Assembly: GCF_004010195.1 (NCBI RefSeq)
Contig: NC_057757.1
Span: 482,367-546,366, forward strand
Source of the DNA: Chiloscyllium plagiosum
Lineage: Eukaryota
Direction: 5' to 3'
DNA: 64,000 bases
Under the pieces are notes generated by a model. It was not told where the DNA came from, did not search any database, and saw only the letters and a program-made list of their open reading frames with translations. The position numbers and the translations under genes were made by a program. The first letter of the stretch is position 1; each line of letters begins with the position of its first letter. Of the stretch, positions 38,383 to 51,324 are shown one piece after another.

Positions 38383-39285
38383 CCAGTCTGGCAGGACCTC
38401 ACTTTTAAAACTCGGTGTCCTTTGTTTCGAGTCTTTTTATGGTCTCGTCCTTATCTCTCCAGTCTACAACTCTCCGAGATCTCCTCGAATTCCAACCTCT
38501 TGACAATCCTCGGATTCCCATCACATCACTAGTGGCAGCCATGCCTTCAGCTGCCTGAGCCCTGAGCACTGGAATTCCCTCCCTAAACCTCTCCTCCTCC
38601 CTCTCTCTCCTCTCTTACTCTCAAGCTTCCTTTCTCTATCTCTATCTGTATCTCACTCGCTTTCTCTCTCCCTCTCCTCTCTCACTCTATCTCAGTATCT
38701 TTCACTTTCTCTATCTCTCTGTGTATCTCTGTCTCTCTTTCTCTCACTCTCTCTCCTTTTGCTCTCATTCTTTCTATCAATCTGTCTCTCTCCCGTTCTC
38801 TCTCTTTCTCTCTAGCCCCCCTTTCTCTCTTGCCCCAGTCTGGCAGGACCTCACTTTTAAAACTCGGTGTCCTTTGTTTCGAGTCTTTTTATGGTCTCGT
38901 CCTTATCTCTCCAGTCTACAACTCTCCGAGATCTCCTCGAATTCCAACCTCTTGACAATCCTCGGATTCCCATCACATCACTAGTGGCAGCCATGCCTTC
39001 AGCTGCCTGAGCCCTGAGCACTGGAATTCCCTCCCTAAACCTCTCCTCCTCCCTCTCTCTCCTCTCTTACTCTCAAGCTTCCTTTCTCTATCTCTATCTG
39101 TATCTCACTCGCTTTCTCTCTCCCTCTCCTCTCTCACTCTATCTCAGTATCTTTCACTTTCTCTATCTCTCTGTGTATCTCTGTCTCTCTTTCTCTCACT
39201 CTCTCTCCTTTTGCTCTCATTCTTTCTATCAATCTGTCTCTCTCCCGTTCTCTCTCTTTCTCTCTAGCCCCCCTTTCTCTCTTGC
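38383..39285. repeat. Tandem duplication, period 452 bp, containing a CT-rich tract
   Basis: 38383-38833 is repeated at 38835-39285; ORFs starting at 38721 and 39173 share identical N-termini. Confidence 0.92.
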
Positions 39286-40224
39286 ACTCTCACCCCCTCT
39301 TTCTCTCTGCCTCTCTTTTTCTCTCTCTCTCTCTACCCCTCTCTTTCCTTCTCTCTATCTCTCTCTCACTCACTCTCTCGTCCTTTGAAGACGGTCCTTA
39401 AAGCCAACCTTTTTGACTTCGCTTTCAATCGCTAATATCTCCTGTGGCTCGAAGTCAGCTTTTATCTGACAACACTATCAGGTACAGGTAGATATTGGAG
39501 AAATTCACATGATTCCTGCCAAGCTCTTTCTTGCCCTCACTACCCTGCTTGATTCAGTTGAGAGAAGTCGTTTGTGACTGAGGCCCCTTTCCCTGGCCTG
39601 GGACAGTTAGTCTCAGATATGCTATCACAGTTCGCTTCTGCATGCAGCCCACCCCCTTTGCATGGACCAACTGATTTTTAACAGAACTCAATTCCCCCTC
39701 CATCTCTCTCTCCCTCCAACACCAACTCTCTTTCCATCTTTTTCTCCCTTCATCTGTACCTTTCACTCCATCTGCCCCTCCATCTCTTGCTCTCTTCCTC
39801 CATCTGTCACTCATCCCCTCCATCTCCCCATCCCTTCACTCCAACAGTGTTGATTTTATTGATTTAGAAAGATCTCCTAGAAGAGTCTGTTTCTGAACAG
39901 ATTGCTAGAGAGACCCTCATCTTGAAATGCCTTGTTCTGAATAGACCTGCATTTCTGCTCTATTCAGCAGAAAGGGCCATTGTACAACTTCAGTTATAAC
40001 AATCAGACTCTCTCTCTCTCCACTCTCCCTCCCACCCCCCCCCCCCCACAAACCACATACCATATAATTCACCCCAGCTGCAGCCTTCGTCTCTCTTTGA
40101 TCATTCAAGCGTAATCATTTTAACACAGCCTCTGAACTGATCCATTCATGACCAGAGAAAGTTCAGTCCTCAGGGCAGGACCAGAGAGAGGTGCACAACA
40201 AACACATACACCTTACCATGCTTG

Positions 40225-40510
40225 AAGCGGACAATGCAGAGGGAGCCTTAGTCAGTATCTAACCCCATACTGTCCCTGTCCTGGCAGTGTTTGATGGGCA
40301 CAATGTAGAGGGAGCTTTACTCTGTATCTAACCCCGTGCTGCCCCTGTCCTAGGAGCATTTGACGGGGGTCAGTGTAGAGGAAGCTTTACTCTGTATTTA
40401 ATTCTGTGCTGTCCCTGTCCTGGGAGTATTTGATGGGGGACAGTGTAGAGGGAGCTTTAGTTTGTATCTAACCCCGTGCTATCCCCGTCCTGAATGTGTT
40501 TGATGGGGTT
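40225..40510. repeat. About 70-bp tandem repeat, about 4 copies
   Basis: cagtgtagagggagctttactctgtatctaaccccgtgctgtccctgtcctgggagtgtttgatgggg unit; anchors at 40241, 40310, 40380 and 40450. Confidence 0.9.
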
Positions 40511-40984
40511 TTCTCTGCACCTCAGAAACCTCACATTTCAGACAGAAAATAGCAGAGTGAAAATGGAAGCTGAAAGTGTTCTTGTGCAGTTTGAGATAAA
40601 GCAGGAATTGACAGCTACACAACTGCACAGCAGATTCAGTTCCTATAGTTACCACTATCAATATTCAGGAATCGTGTGTGAGTGAGAGCGGATGTGTTTC
40701 TTTCAGTTTACTTTCAGCTTGCGTTTTCTCATGGGTCAGATCACAAGGTGCTTAATTTCTGTTTTCATTTCTAAGCTGCTGATATGTTTGAAAATTACCA
40801 AATTTAATCAAAGCAGCTCATCTAAATGTTTGACTCCTGTGAGACTCTGTGTTCTAGCTCAATGACAACACAGGGCTTAAAAGTTCTCATTCTCCTCTGG
40901 TATGTGATTAAAATCAGTGCGCCTCATCTCCCTCGATCAGACCTGATTTCCATTAAGATTGTAAAAGCATTTTGTGCAGAAGCT

Positions 40985-41605
40985 GTAGCTACAGGAGCAG
41001 GTCAGAGGCTGGAATCCTGCATAAAGTAACTCACCTCCTGTCTCTCCAAAGCCTGTCCACCATCTACAAGGCACAAGTCAGGAGTGTGAGGGAATACTCC
41101 CCACTTGCCCCTGGATGGGGTTAGCTCTAACAATACTCAAGAAACTCAGCACCATCCAGGACAAAGCAGCACCCGCATGATTGGCACCACATCCACAAAC
41201 ATCTACTCCCTACACCACTGACACTCAGTATCAATAGTATGTACCATCTACAAAGTGCACTACACAAATTCACCAAAGATATTCAGCCATCACCTTCCAA
41301 ACCCATGATCACTTCCATCTAGAAGGACAAGTGCAGCATATACAGGGGAACACCAGCGCCTTCAAGTTCCCTTCGGAGCCACTCACCATCCTGACTTGGA
41401 AATACACCACCGTTCCTTTAATGTCACTGGGTCAAAGTCCTGGAATTCCCTCAAATAGCATTGTGGCTGCACCTACATTTCCTTAACTCTTGAGGTCCAT
41501 GCAATAACCTAGCAACCACCACCACCACCACCTCAGCAGCCAGTTAGGGATGGACATTACATGCTGGCTCAGCCAGTGATGGGTCCACGTGCTGTGAAAA
41601 GAATG
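40985..41605 (+). mobile_element. LINE 3' fragment, same family as 26630-27680
   Basis: Near-colinear similarity to 27150-27680. Confidence 0.8.
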
Positions 41606-41961
41606 TATGCACTTCTGGAGGAGGCTAGAACTCTGAGACAATGCCTGATAAATCCAATGGGAAATTAAGGAGAAGCCTCTTACCCCCTGTCCCGAGAGAC
41701 GCTCCTACAGGGAGTGGTTGAGGGGATGCTGCTGATACATGGCAGGGGAGATTCTGGATAAACATAATGGAGCAAGGAACAGAAGGAGAGGCTGATAGTG
41801 TGAGCAGAAGAGGAGATGGGTGGGACAGAATGCAGAGCAGATGGGCCAAATGACCTGCTTCCGTGCTGTAAAATATTGTGTAATTCTGTACTATTTTACT
41901 TGAATAGCAAGAGGCTATCAGCACTGGATTATCTGGGGTCAGGTTTTGATAGGTTTGATAG

Positions 41962-42255
41962 ACAAACCAACCCAACCACCCCGTGGCTCAACACTTCAAC
42001 TCCCCCTCCCACTCCACCAAGGACATGCAGGTCCTTGGACTCCTCCATCGCCAGACCATAGCAACACGACGGCTCCTTCCACCTATCGCATTTCCAACGC
42101 CCCTCCCCCAAGTCCCTCCTCCCTACCTTTTATCTTAGCCTGCTGGACACACTTTCCTCATTCCTGAAGAAGGGCTCATACCCGAAACATCGATTCTCCT
42201 GTTCCTTGGATGCTGCCTGACCTGCTGTGCTTTTCCAGCAACACATTTTCAGCTC
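41962..42255 (+). mobile_element. Penelope-like element remnant: endonuclease C-terminal peptide plus terminal repeat with hammerhead-like core
   Basis: 41962-42072 translates TNQPNHPVAQHFNSPSHSTKDMQVLGLLHRQTIATRR (PVAxHFN typical of PLE GIY-YIG endonucleases); CTGAAGA-A-GGG/CCC-GAAAC at 42164-42188. Confidence 0.75.
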
Positions 42256-42491
42256 AGTCAGGCTTTGATATCTTGGTATCCAACTTCCCACAGCAACAGA
42301 ACACCACTACTCCAGAATACAATTCTGAAATTGGTCCCACTGTTTCTGAATCCTCAGAATATGTGGGAGTCTTCCCTTTAGAACAGAGAAGATTCAGAAT
42401 CATTCAGCAAATAAGGGGAAACCGTTCCTAGTGGCAGGAGGATGAGGAACCAGAGGGACACCGATTGAGGAGAGGAGAAGGAGAATGATAG

Positions 42492-42825
42492 ACAGCATGA
42501 TAGCTCAGTGGTTAGCATTGCTGCCTCATAGCACCAGGCACCTGAGCAACTGTCTGTGTGGAGTTTGCACATTCTCCCCGTGTCTACGTGGGTTTCCTCC
42601 GGGTGCTTTGGTTTCCTCCCACAGTTCAAAGATGTGCAGGTTAGGATGGATTGGCCATGCTAAATTACCCATAGTGTTCATGGATATGTAGTTTAGGTAT
42701 ATTAGCCATGGGGAGTGCTGGGTTCCAGGGTAGGGTAAGGGGATGGCTGTGGGTGGGATGCTTTTTGGAGTATTGGTGTGGGCTCATTGGGCCAAACGGC
42801 CTGTTTCCACGCTGTGGGGATGCTA
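42492..42825 (+). mobile_element. HE1-type SINE
   Basis: Head, V-domain and tail similar to 12147-12452. Confidence 0.85.
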
Positions 42826-43309
42826 CTCTGTTCAATGTTTTCTTTAACACATCAAATTGTTCTGATCAGGAACATACTCCATGAAAGAATGGTGGAAGCT
42901 ACTTAGTTCTTCATTTATTGACGTGGGCAGAGCAAGCATGAGTTATCCATCCCTAACTGCCCCTGAATTGAGTGGTTCTCTGCCATTTCACAGGGCAGGT
43001 AAGAGTCAACCATGTAGTTTGTGGCCAAGAGTCTCATGTAGGTCAGAACGGCTAAGGGTGGCTGATTTCCTAACCTAAAGGATGTCAAATCAAGAACTTG
43101 TCTTTCTATAATGTTCCTCTGCACTTTCCAAAGTGACCAAAAGCCAGTAAGAAACATCAATTGAACTGCAGCAACTGTAGTAGTGCAGACATCTGGTCAG
43201 AGAACTTGGAAACAGCAAGATCCCAGAACTGGTCATGATTGGACTTTCTCATCACTCGATGTTGGTTGAGGCATCAATATTGGGACAACCAGAGGGATTG
43301 TGGATATCA

Positions 43310-44185
43310 GTCTAAAGGCTGAAGCCACAAAATCAGGGGTCCAGGGTCTGAGCTCTGATCAAATGCTGAGGGAATGCCTCCGGAGCACCGCATTGTCGGA
43401 GGGTCAGTGCTGAGGGCGTGCAGCACTGTCAGAGGATCAGCGCTGAGGGAGCGCCGCACTGTCGGAGGGTCAGCGCTGAGGGAGCGCTGCACTGTCGGAT
43501 GGTCAGTGCTGAGGGAGTGCTGCATTGTCGAAGGGTCAGTGCTGAGGGAGTGCCGTACTGTCAGACAGTCAATGCTGAGGGAGTGCTGCACTGTCAGGCG
43601 GTCAATGCTGAGGGAGGGGGCACAGTCGGAGGGTCAGTGCTGAGGGTGTGCAGCAGTGTCAGAGGGTCAGTGCTGAGGGAGCACTGCATTGTCGGAGGGT
43701 CAGTGCTGAGGGAACACTGCATTATCGGCGGGTCAGTGCTGAGGGAGCACCGCACTGTCGGAGGGTCAGTGCTGAAGGAGCACCGCACTGTCGGAAGGTC
43801 AGCGCTGAGGGAGCGCCGCACTGTCAGAGGGTCAGTGCTGAGGAAGCGTCGCACTGTCAGAGTGTCAGTGTTGAAGGGGCACTGCACTGTTGGTGGTAAG
43901 TGCTGAGGGACTGCCGCACTGTCAGAGGGTCAGTGCTGAGGGCATGCAGCACTGTCAGAGGGTCAGTGCTGAGGGACTGCCGCACTGTCAGAGGGTCAGT
44001 GCTGAGGGACTGCCGCACTGTGGGAGGGTCATTAGGAGTGTTCTTAATTTATGCCATCCTGTCACCGCTATTTGTGGAAGAGCTGTGGATCAGCACAAGC
44101 ATTAGAGCAGGGGCAGTAAGTTCTGTGTTTAGATGTATGGTAATCTGCAGAGGAAAAGAAAGACACTATCAAAATGTAACACTGT
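43310..44185 (+). repeat. 33-bp minisatellite array (43360-44030) within a decayed DeuSINE-like element
   Basis: gggtcagtgctgagggagcgccgcactgtcgga units; decayed tail gctatttgtggaagagctgtg. Confidence 0.85.
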
Positions 44186-45988
44186 TATAAAACGATCACG
44201 TTCCCTGAGCTGGGCTACAGCTGAATCAGATGGCGAGTCTATTTTTATCTCCTAAGTATCTTACCCTAAATACTGAGTGACCGTGTCTCTAATCCTCCCT
44301 GTAATCAAATACACTGGGTTGTGATAGCCTGTGATCTCCATCTTACTCAACCCACTTCCTACATCCTCCTGGAATCCAATGGTGGTTGTTTATTTTTTCA
44401 GTTACTTGCCCCGTTATTCTTGCTTTATTCCCTGAAAGCAGTGCCCGTGATATTAACATTCCTGTGGTTCTGTTGGATTATCAGCACCCAGGAGATGTGC
44501 AGCGACAATTCTACAATGGAGTGTTAGTAACAGTTAAGGCATGGCATTCAGAGGGGGCTTGGGTATAACCGAATCCCCCANNNNNNNNNNNNNNNNNNNN
44601 NNNNNNNNNNNNNNNNNNNNNNNNNNNNNNNNNNNNNNNNNNNNNNNNNNNNNNNNNNNNNNNNNNNNNNNNNNNNNNNNNNNNNNNNNNNNNNNNNNNN
44701 NNNNNNNNNNNNNNNNNNNNNNNNNNNNNNNNNNNNNNNNNNNNNNNNNNNNNNNNNNNNNNNNNNNNNNNNNNNNNNNNNNNNNNNNNNNNNNNNNNNN
44801 NNNNNNNNNNNNNNNNNNNNNNNNNNNNNNNNNNNNNNNNNNNNNNNNNNNNNNNNNNNNNNNNNNNNNNNNNNNNNNNNNNNNNNNNNNNNNNNNNNNN
44901 NNNNNNNNNNNNNNNNNNNNNNNNNNNNNNNNNNNNNNNNNNNNNNNNNNNNNNNNNNNNNNNNNNNNNNNNNNNNNNNNNNNNNNNNNNNNNNNNNNNN
45001 NNNNNNNNNNNNNNNNNNNNNNNNNNNNNNNNNNNNNNNNNNNNNNNNNNNNNNNNNNNNNNNNNNNNNNNNNNNNNNNNCTACATGTGACTCCATACCC
45101 CAGTGATATGATTGACCCTTAACCACTCCCTGAAATAGTCCCAGGGAGACACTCAGGGCAATTAGGGACAGCAGCAAATGCTGGCCTTGCCTATAATGCC
45201 CCTACCCCCCAAAAAAAACCTTTAAAGATTCTGATTTCCTTCTGCCGCCCCTCATTTCATTCCCAGTCCTTTAACCTTGTAAAGAGGTGAAAGGTCAGTT
45301 CTGCTGAGAATCCACTACTCCCATCATTCTTAATGTGAATCAACCCCCAACACATTTTGGAGGCCGGGATGTTAGATGTCTTCAAGGCAGAGATTGATAG
45401 ATTCTTAATCTCGCAAGGAATTAAGGGATACGGGGAGAGTGTGGGTAAGTGGTGTTGAAATGCCCGTCAGCCATGATTGAATGGCAGAGTGGACTCAATG
45501 GGCTGAATGTCCTGTGTCCTATCGTCTTATTTTAGAGCCAAACCTGTTATGAGCACTGGGGTCTGAAGGAGGAGGTCTACACAATGCTTCATTACAGCAA
45601 AATCTTGCCTAAGGACTTGCCTTAATTTTAATGGTTGAAGACTTCTTCCTAAACCATGGGTGCATGGTTATTGATTATTGCCCAGAGTAACACCTTAAGG
45701 AGAGAGTCAAGGTAAGCGTGTGCAACGTTCAAAGACACAAAAATTTGTTTTATTTACCTTTCCAAAACTCAAAGAGTTCTTTACAGTGTCCAGGTCTATC
45801 ACATCCTGACATGAGTGAGGGTAAAGTCAGCATTGTCACTGGGAGTTCTATGCTTTGTGAAGCTAGGCAGCTGGCCTGGGGAGGTATGAATGGCATTTTG
45901 GTGAACCATTCCGTCAATACCTGGCTCCTTAATGTTGCAAGTGAAATGAGACAATATCAGGGAAATGGTCATGTCTGCAGAATCTGTA

Positions 45989-46165
45989 TGTATAATACTT
46001 GGGGTACAGTACTGGTGGGGATGGGTCTACCACTGTATAACACTGGAAGACAGTACTGGTGGAGACAGGTCTGTCACTGTATAACACTGGGGTACAGTAC
46101 TGGAGGGGACAGGTCTTTCCCTGTATAACACTGGAGTACAGTACTGGTGGAGACAGGTCTGTGGC
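45989..46165. repeat. 44-bp tandem repeat, about 4 copies, abutting an HE1 SINE (about 46168-46430)
   Basis: tgtataacactggggtacagtactggtggggacaggtctgtcac unit at 45989, 46034, 46078 and 46122. Confidence 0.88.
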
Positions 46166-46614
46166 TCTGCTGTGGTTAGCACTGCTGCCTCTCAGCACCA
46201 GGGACCCCGTTTGATTCCAGCCTCAGGCAACTGTGTGGAGTTTGCAAATTCTGCCCGGATCTGTATAGGTTTCCTCTCGGTGCTCCAGTTTCCTCCCACA
46301 GTCCAATGATGTGCAGGCTAGGTGGTTTAGCCATGGGGAGTGCGGAGGAGAGAAGGCGAGCTGCTCTTCAGAGGGACGGTGTGGACTCTGTGAACCAAGT
46401 GGCCTGGTTCCATACTGTAAGGATTCTATGAATCAATGTTGTTGAATGGCCAACTCCTACACTAGACAGGAGCAGACAGTGAAATAACCCGAGAACTGTC
46501 CCGATCAGGCAGAGGGACATAGGGTTAGCTAGCTCTGAGTACCTGAGCTAATAACGAGCTCTATGGGAGTTTGAGACATGAGGCTGTGAGGAGGGGATCC
46601 ATAGTCACACGAGG

Positions 46615-47295
46615 TCATAGAGTTATAGAGATGTACAGCACGGAAACAGACCCTTCAGTCTAACTTGTCCATGCCGACTAGATATCCCAACCCAAACTAG
46701 TCCCACCAGCTAGCACCCAACCCATATCCTTCCAAACCCTTCCTATTCATACACCCATCCAGATTAAATGTCGCAATTGTACTAGTCTCCACCACTTCCT
46801 CTGGCCGCTCATTCCATACATGTACCACCTTCTGCATGAAAAAGTTTCCCCTGTAGTCTCTTCTTTATATTTCCCCTCTTACCCGAAACCTATGCCCTCT
46901 AGTTCTGGACTCCCCCACGCCAGGGAAGAGACTTTGTCTATTTACCCTATCCATGTCCCTCATGATTTTATAAACCTCTGTCAGGTCACCCCTCAGCCTC
47001 CGACTGAGGGAAAACAGCCCCAGTCTGTTCAGCCTCTCCCTGTAGCTCAAATCCTCCTACCCTGGCAACATCCTTGTAAATCTTTTCTAAACCCTTTCAA
47101 TTTTTACAACATCCTTCCAATAGGAAGGAGACCAGAATTGCATGCAATATTCCAACAATGGCCCAGCCAATGTCCTGTGTAGCTACAACATGACCTCCCA
47201 ACTCCTGTACTCAATACTCTGACCAATAAAAGAAAGTATACCAAACTCCTTTTTTACTGATCTATCTACCTGCAACTCCACTTTCAGGGAGCAAG
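46615..47295 (-). mobile_element. CR1/HER1 LINE 3' fragment
   Basis: SYRERLNRLGLFSL..RLRGDLTEVYKIMR. Confidence 0.88.
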
Positions 47296-49645
47296 ATGGT
47301 TGGGAAGGATAGGAAGAGGGCATTGGGGAGGGTCAGGGGGCCGCTCCTCACAACATGTCCCTTTGCAGCTCTTCGCCAACCCCTTGACCCAAACTCTCTC
47401 CATCAATAATGTCTGTATGTTCTCCCTTCACATCCTTGATGCTGGTTATGAATATCTGATAGATGGCATGCATTCACCATGGCAACTACCCTTCACAGCC
47501 AAATTCCTGACAAGAACCCACCGGCCCCATACGTCTCTGCGGTGATAGAATTTGCAAAGAAAGACAAGCTATTTTCTCTCGAGACCAGGGTGTTGTGGGG
47601 GACGTGGGAGTTCAGAGAAGGGTTAGGGTTGAGGTTACATTCAAGCCAACCAGTTTAGGGACGTCAGTAAACTCATCTTCACATGTAGCCTTGTTAGGTC
47701 AAAGGGCATCACAACCTCACAGGGACCATGGTGGTGAAATGGGGTCAAGGTTCACATCCAACTGCATGATGGGAGAGTTCCAAGGGCCTTAATAGTCTCC
47801 TCCTGTTCTCAGATTCTTACGAATAGTGCCCCCAACTCTGGGCTACTTTTGGCTTTTTGACAAAAGACAACTTAGTTTTGAATTCAGGGCTAAAAGCTGG
47901 ACACACCCTCAAACTTGCATTCACCAACATCAGAGAGCGTATCTTACAAATTCACGGTGAGAAAAGACTCAATGTTTTTGGAATGCATTCATTTTTAAAG
48001 TCTGTTGACATACAACCTGAAACTGAATGAATTATATAATGTACATATGTGTATTTATATATATTTTTACGTACATTTCTTTCAAACATTGGATGCTGTG
48101 GAAAGATCATTTAATGTAGGAGCCCTAGTGGAACGTTAGAGTGACTTGATGGTCTCCCAACATCTACAGTCATGGAATGCTTTAGTCACCCCTGCACCCC
48201 CTCCCCAAACATACATACATACACGCACACACCTCTATACAACAGTCCCTACACACCATCTCATATTATTTTCATAATTGATAGTTTGGGAACTCTCAAG
48301 ATACTTTTCCCTTGATTACCTGCTGGGAACGGTGCCAGCTTGTGAAGTTTTTTAAAAATTAATTTATTTCTGAGATGTGGGTGTTGCTGGGCCCAGCATT
48401 TCTTGCTCTGTCCCTAGTTGCCCCCCTTGAGAAGGTGGGGGTGAGCTGCCTTCTTGACCCACTGCAGTCCATGTTCTGTAGGATAGACCCACAATGTCCC
48501 TTAGGGAGGGAATCCCAGGATTCTGACCCAGCCACACTGAAGGAACGGCGATATATTTCCAAGTCAGGATGGTGAGGGATATTTCCAAGTCAGGATGGTG
48601 AGGGGCTTGGAGGGGAACTTGCAGGGGGTGGGGTTCCTATGTAGCTGCTGCCCCTTGTCCTTCTAGATGGAAATGGCTGTGGGTTTGGAAGGTGCTGCCT
48701 GAGGATCTTTTGTGAATCGACTCATTGGAGTTTTGCCATTTACAATTTGTGGTTGTTGGGCAACCTTACTTACCCGGTTGTGAATGAGGGTTGGAATGAA
48801 TGAATAAATGCGAGAGGTGTTTTTAACAACAGCAAAGCAGGAGACAGACTGGACCCTTGGTTGACCGTTATCAAGCCTGGGAGGTGATCAGATACTGGGT
48901 TGAAAACTGGCCACAGTAAATAAAACAGTCCTTAAGTCCAGATTGTAACTCACTCCGAACCCGTTCACTTAGACCGAGTTAATACTGGGGCCTTATTCCT
49001 GGTTCCTTTCCACACAGCGCATACACATACACACACCTGAAATGAAACCAAACTGGAGCAAATCCTCACGGAGAGCAGGGTGGGAGGCAGAAGGCTGGGC
49101 AGAGGTGGGATATTGCAAATCCCATGAATGATGAATCACACTTTTGAAGGACACAAAGTATTAATGTTGACTCTGAGGTTGCACAGCCAAACTTACAAAG
49201 ATAGGGGTAGCCTGGCAAGGCTGGAGAGGCATGCACGATAGGAGACTTTGCATATTTTATTTACATGATGAAAGCACACGTCTGGATCAGGGTGCAAGAG
49301 GGGCCAGCACTCTTAAGGGTCAGAAAAATGTAATAGCATTGATTGAGCATTCCTGCAGATGGGGGTTCTTGACTCTTTACATGGGACATGATCTTCTTGG
49401 TGCTGTGCCAGTTCCATTCAGTGTCCAATCTGAAGCTGGATTGTAGGAAGAATATCCTATCCGATGGAGTTCCAACCTCTCTGTGCTCCAGAAGGCAGTC
49501 GAGCACATCCAGGCGCTGCACTCTTCTCCCTCCCTCATGCCAGATCTCATTTCCCTAATCCCGATGTCCCCCCTCCCCCGAAGCCTGCACACGCACCCAG
49601 GTGTATCCCCACCTGCCCAGTAAGACATGTCCAATGCAGAAAGGT

Positions 49646-49825
49646 TTAAGCGGATCCTGTTCCACCTGAGCCCACGTTAAGTGTGAAGACTACCCTGCCG
49701 GCGAACTTGTCTCGCTCATCGTCATTCTTCACGTTCGACCCGTAGACTTTGCATTCAATGTTGACGTCAACGTTGTTTGTTATGTTCACAAACTTCACAG
49801 CCACCAAGGGTTGTGTGTAGTTCAC
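49646..49825 (-). CDS. ATP1B2-like: Na+/K+-ATPase beta-2-like terminal exon 7 (VNYTQPLVAVKF...DDERDKFAGRVVFTLNVGSGGTGSA*)
   Basis: VNYTQPLVAVKF and DDERDKFAGRV match beta-2. Sixth cysteine present, TAA stop, CAGCAG tandem acceptor. Confidence 0.95.
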   Translation of the reverse strand: MNYTQPLVAVKFVNITNNVDVNIECKVYGSNVKNDDERDKFAGRVVFTLNVGSGGTGSA

Positions 49826-51228
49826 CTGCTGGACAAAGAATGCACAGTGTGAGGAGTCACCCATTTAAGGCAGAGATAAGGAACTTTTCTTACTGGGGCA
49901 GTAGTGAATCTCTGGAATTTTAAAAAATTCATTCACTGGCATCGCTGGCTGGGCCAGCATTTATTGCCCATCCCTAATTACCCAGAGGGCAGTTAAGAGT
50001 CAACCCCTTTGCTGTGGGTCTGGAGTCACGTGTAGGCCAGACCAGGTAAGATGGCAGTTTCCTTCCCTGAAGGATATCAATGGGTTTTCCAACAATCAAT
50101 AACTGTTTCATAGTCATCATTAGAATCTTAATTCCAGATTTTAATTGAATTCAACTGCCACCATCTGCCATGGTTGGATTCAAATCCGGGTCCCCAGAAC
50201 TTTAGCTGGGTCTCTGGACTAACAGCTCACCATGCCCATTTACAAAGGTTGGGGCAGCCTGGAGAGACATGAACAATAAGAGACTTTGGGGACAGTGAGG
50301 TCTGCAGATGCTGGAGATCAGAGTTGAGAGTGTGGCGTTGGAAAAGCACTAGATCAAGCAGAATCCGAAGAGCAGGAAAATCAACGTTTCGGAATAAGAG
50401 ACTGCATGTTTTATTGACATGATAAAAGCACACATCTGGATTGGGGTCCAAGAGGGGCCAGCACTCTTAAGGGTCAGAGAAACGCGATAGCATTGATTCA
50501 GCACTCCTGTAGGTGGGGGTCCTTCTCCCCTGAAGTTTTTGCTGCAGAGGGCTTTTGAGGCAGGATCATTAAGTATATTCAAGACTGAGATAGACAAATT
50601 TCCAATCGGTAAGGGGACTGAGGGCTCTGGAGAAAAGGTGGGAGTTAAGGATCCTCAGGTCAATCACTGAAATGCAAAGTGGATTGGACAGACTGAGTGG
50701 CCTACTCCTGTTCATGTGACCATCATCTGGGTCGCTCTGATTCCAGCCATCATCATTGGCAACTGTGTCACCACAGTCATTGGCCCTGAACTATCAAAAC
50801 TCCCCCTCACCTAAACCTCTCCACATCTCTCTCTCTGCTTTAAGACTCTCCTTAAGATCAGATCTCTTTGGCCAAGCGTTCGACCTGACCTCAGAATCAG
50901 ACTCTGTCTGATAATCCTGCGATGGATCTCGGCATTAAGTCATTTCCATGTTTATCCTGTGTATATTTAAGGGGAAACAGGCATCATTTTAAGGGAGGCT
51001 AGGGGCTTGGTGCTTCATTGCAATGCTATTTGACACTCCCGTTGGTTCTTGCACTAAATGTCATCCCTATATTGGGATGGTTTGAGGGGCACTGTTGGGT
51101 GTGGGGCACAGACTGACGTTGTGTCCATGGGGCAAGGTAAACCAGCCACACATTTTAACAACTCCCCATCATCACCACAAAGTCCCTGAATGTGCTGATA
51201 CCAGGGAGTTACAAGCTGGTTTACTCAC

Positions 51229-51324
51229 GTGTGCCTTCTTTCCATAATACGGGAAGTACATCAGGTCCAAGGTCCCGTTGGGAGGGAAATACTGGAGCTC
51301 GTGAACTTTGTCGTCGTCTTTGGT
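51229..51324 (-). CDS. ATP1B2-like: Na+/K+-ATPase beta-2-like exon 6 (TKDDDKVHELQYFPPNGTLDLMYFPYYGKKAH)
   Basis: 96 nt, phase 0-0, conserved YFPYYG motif. Confidence 0.94.
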
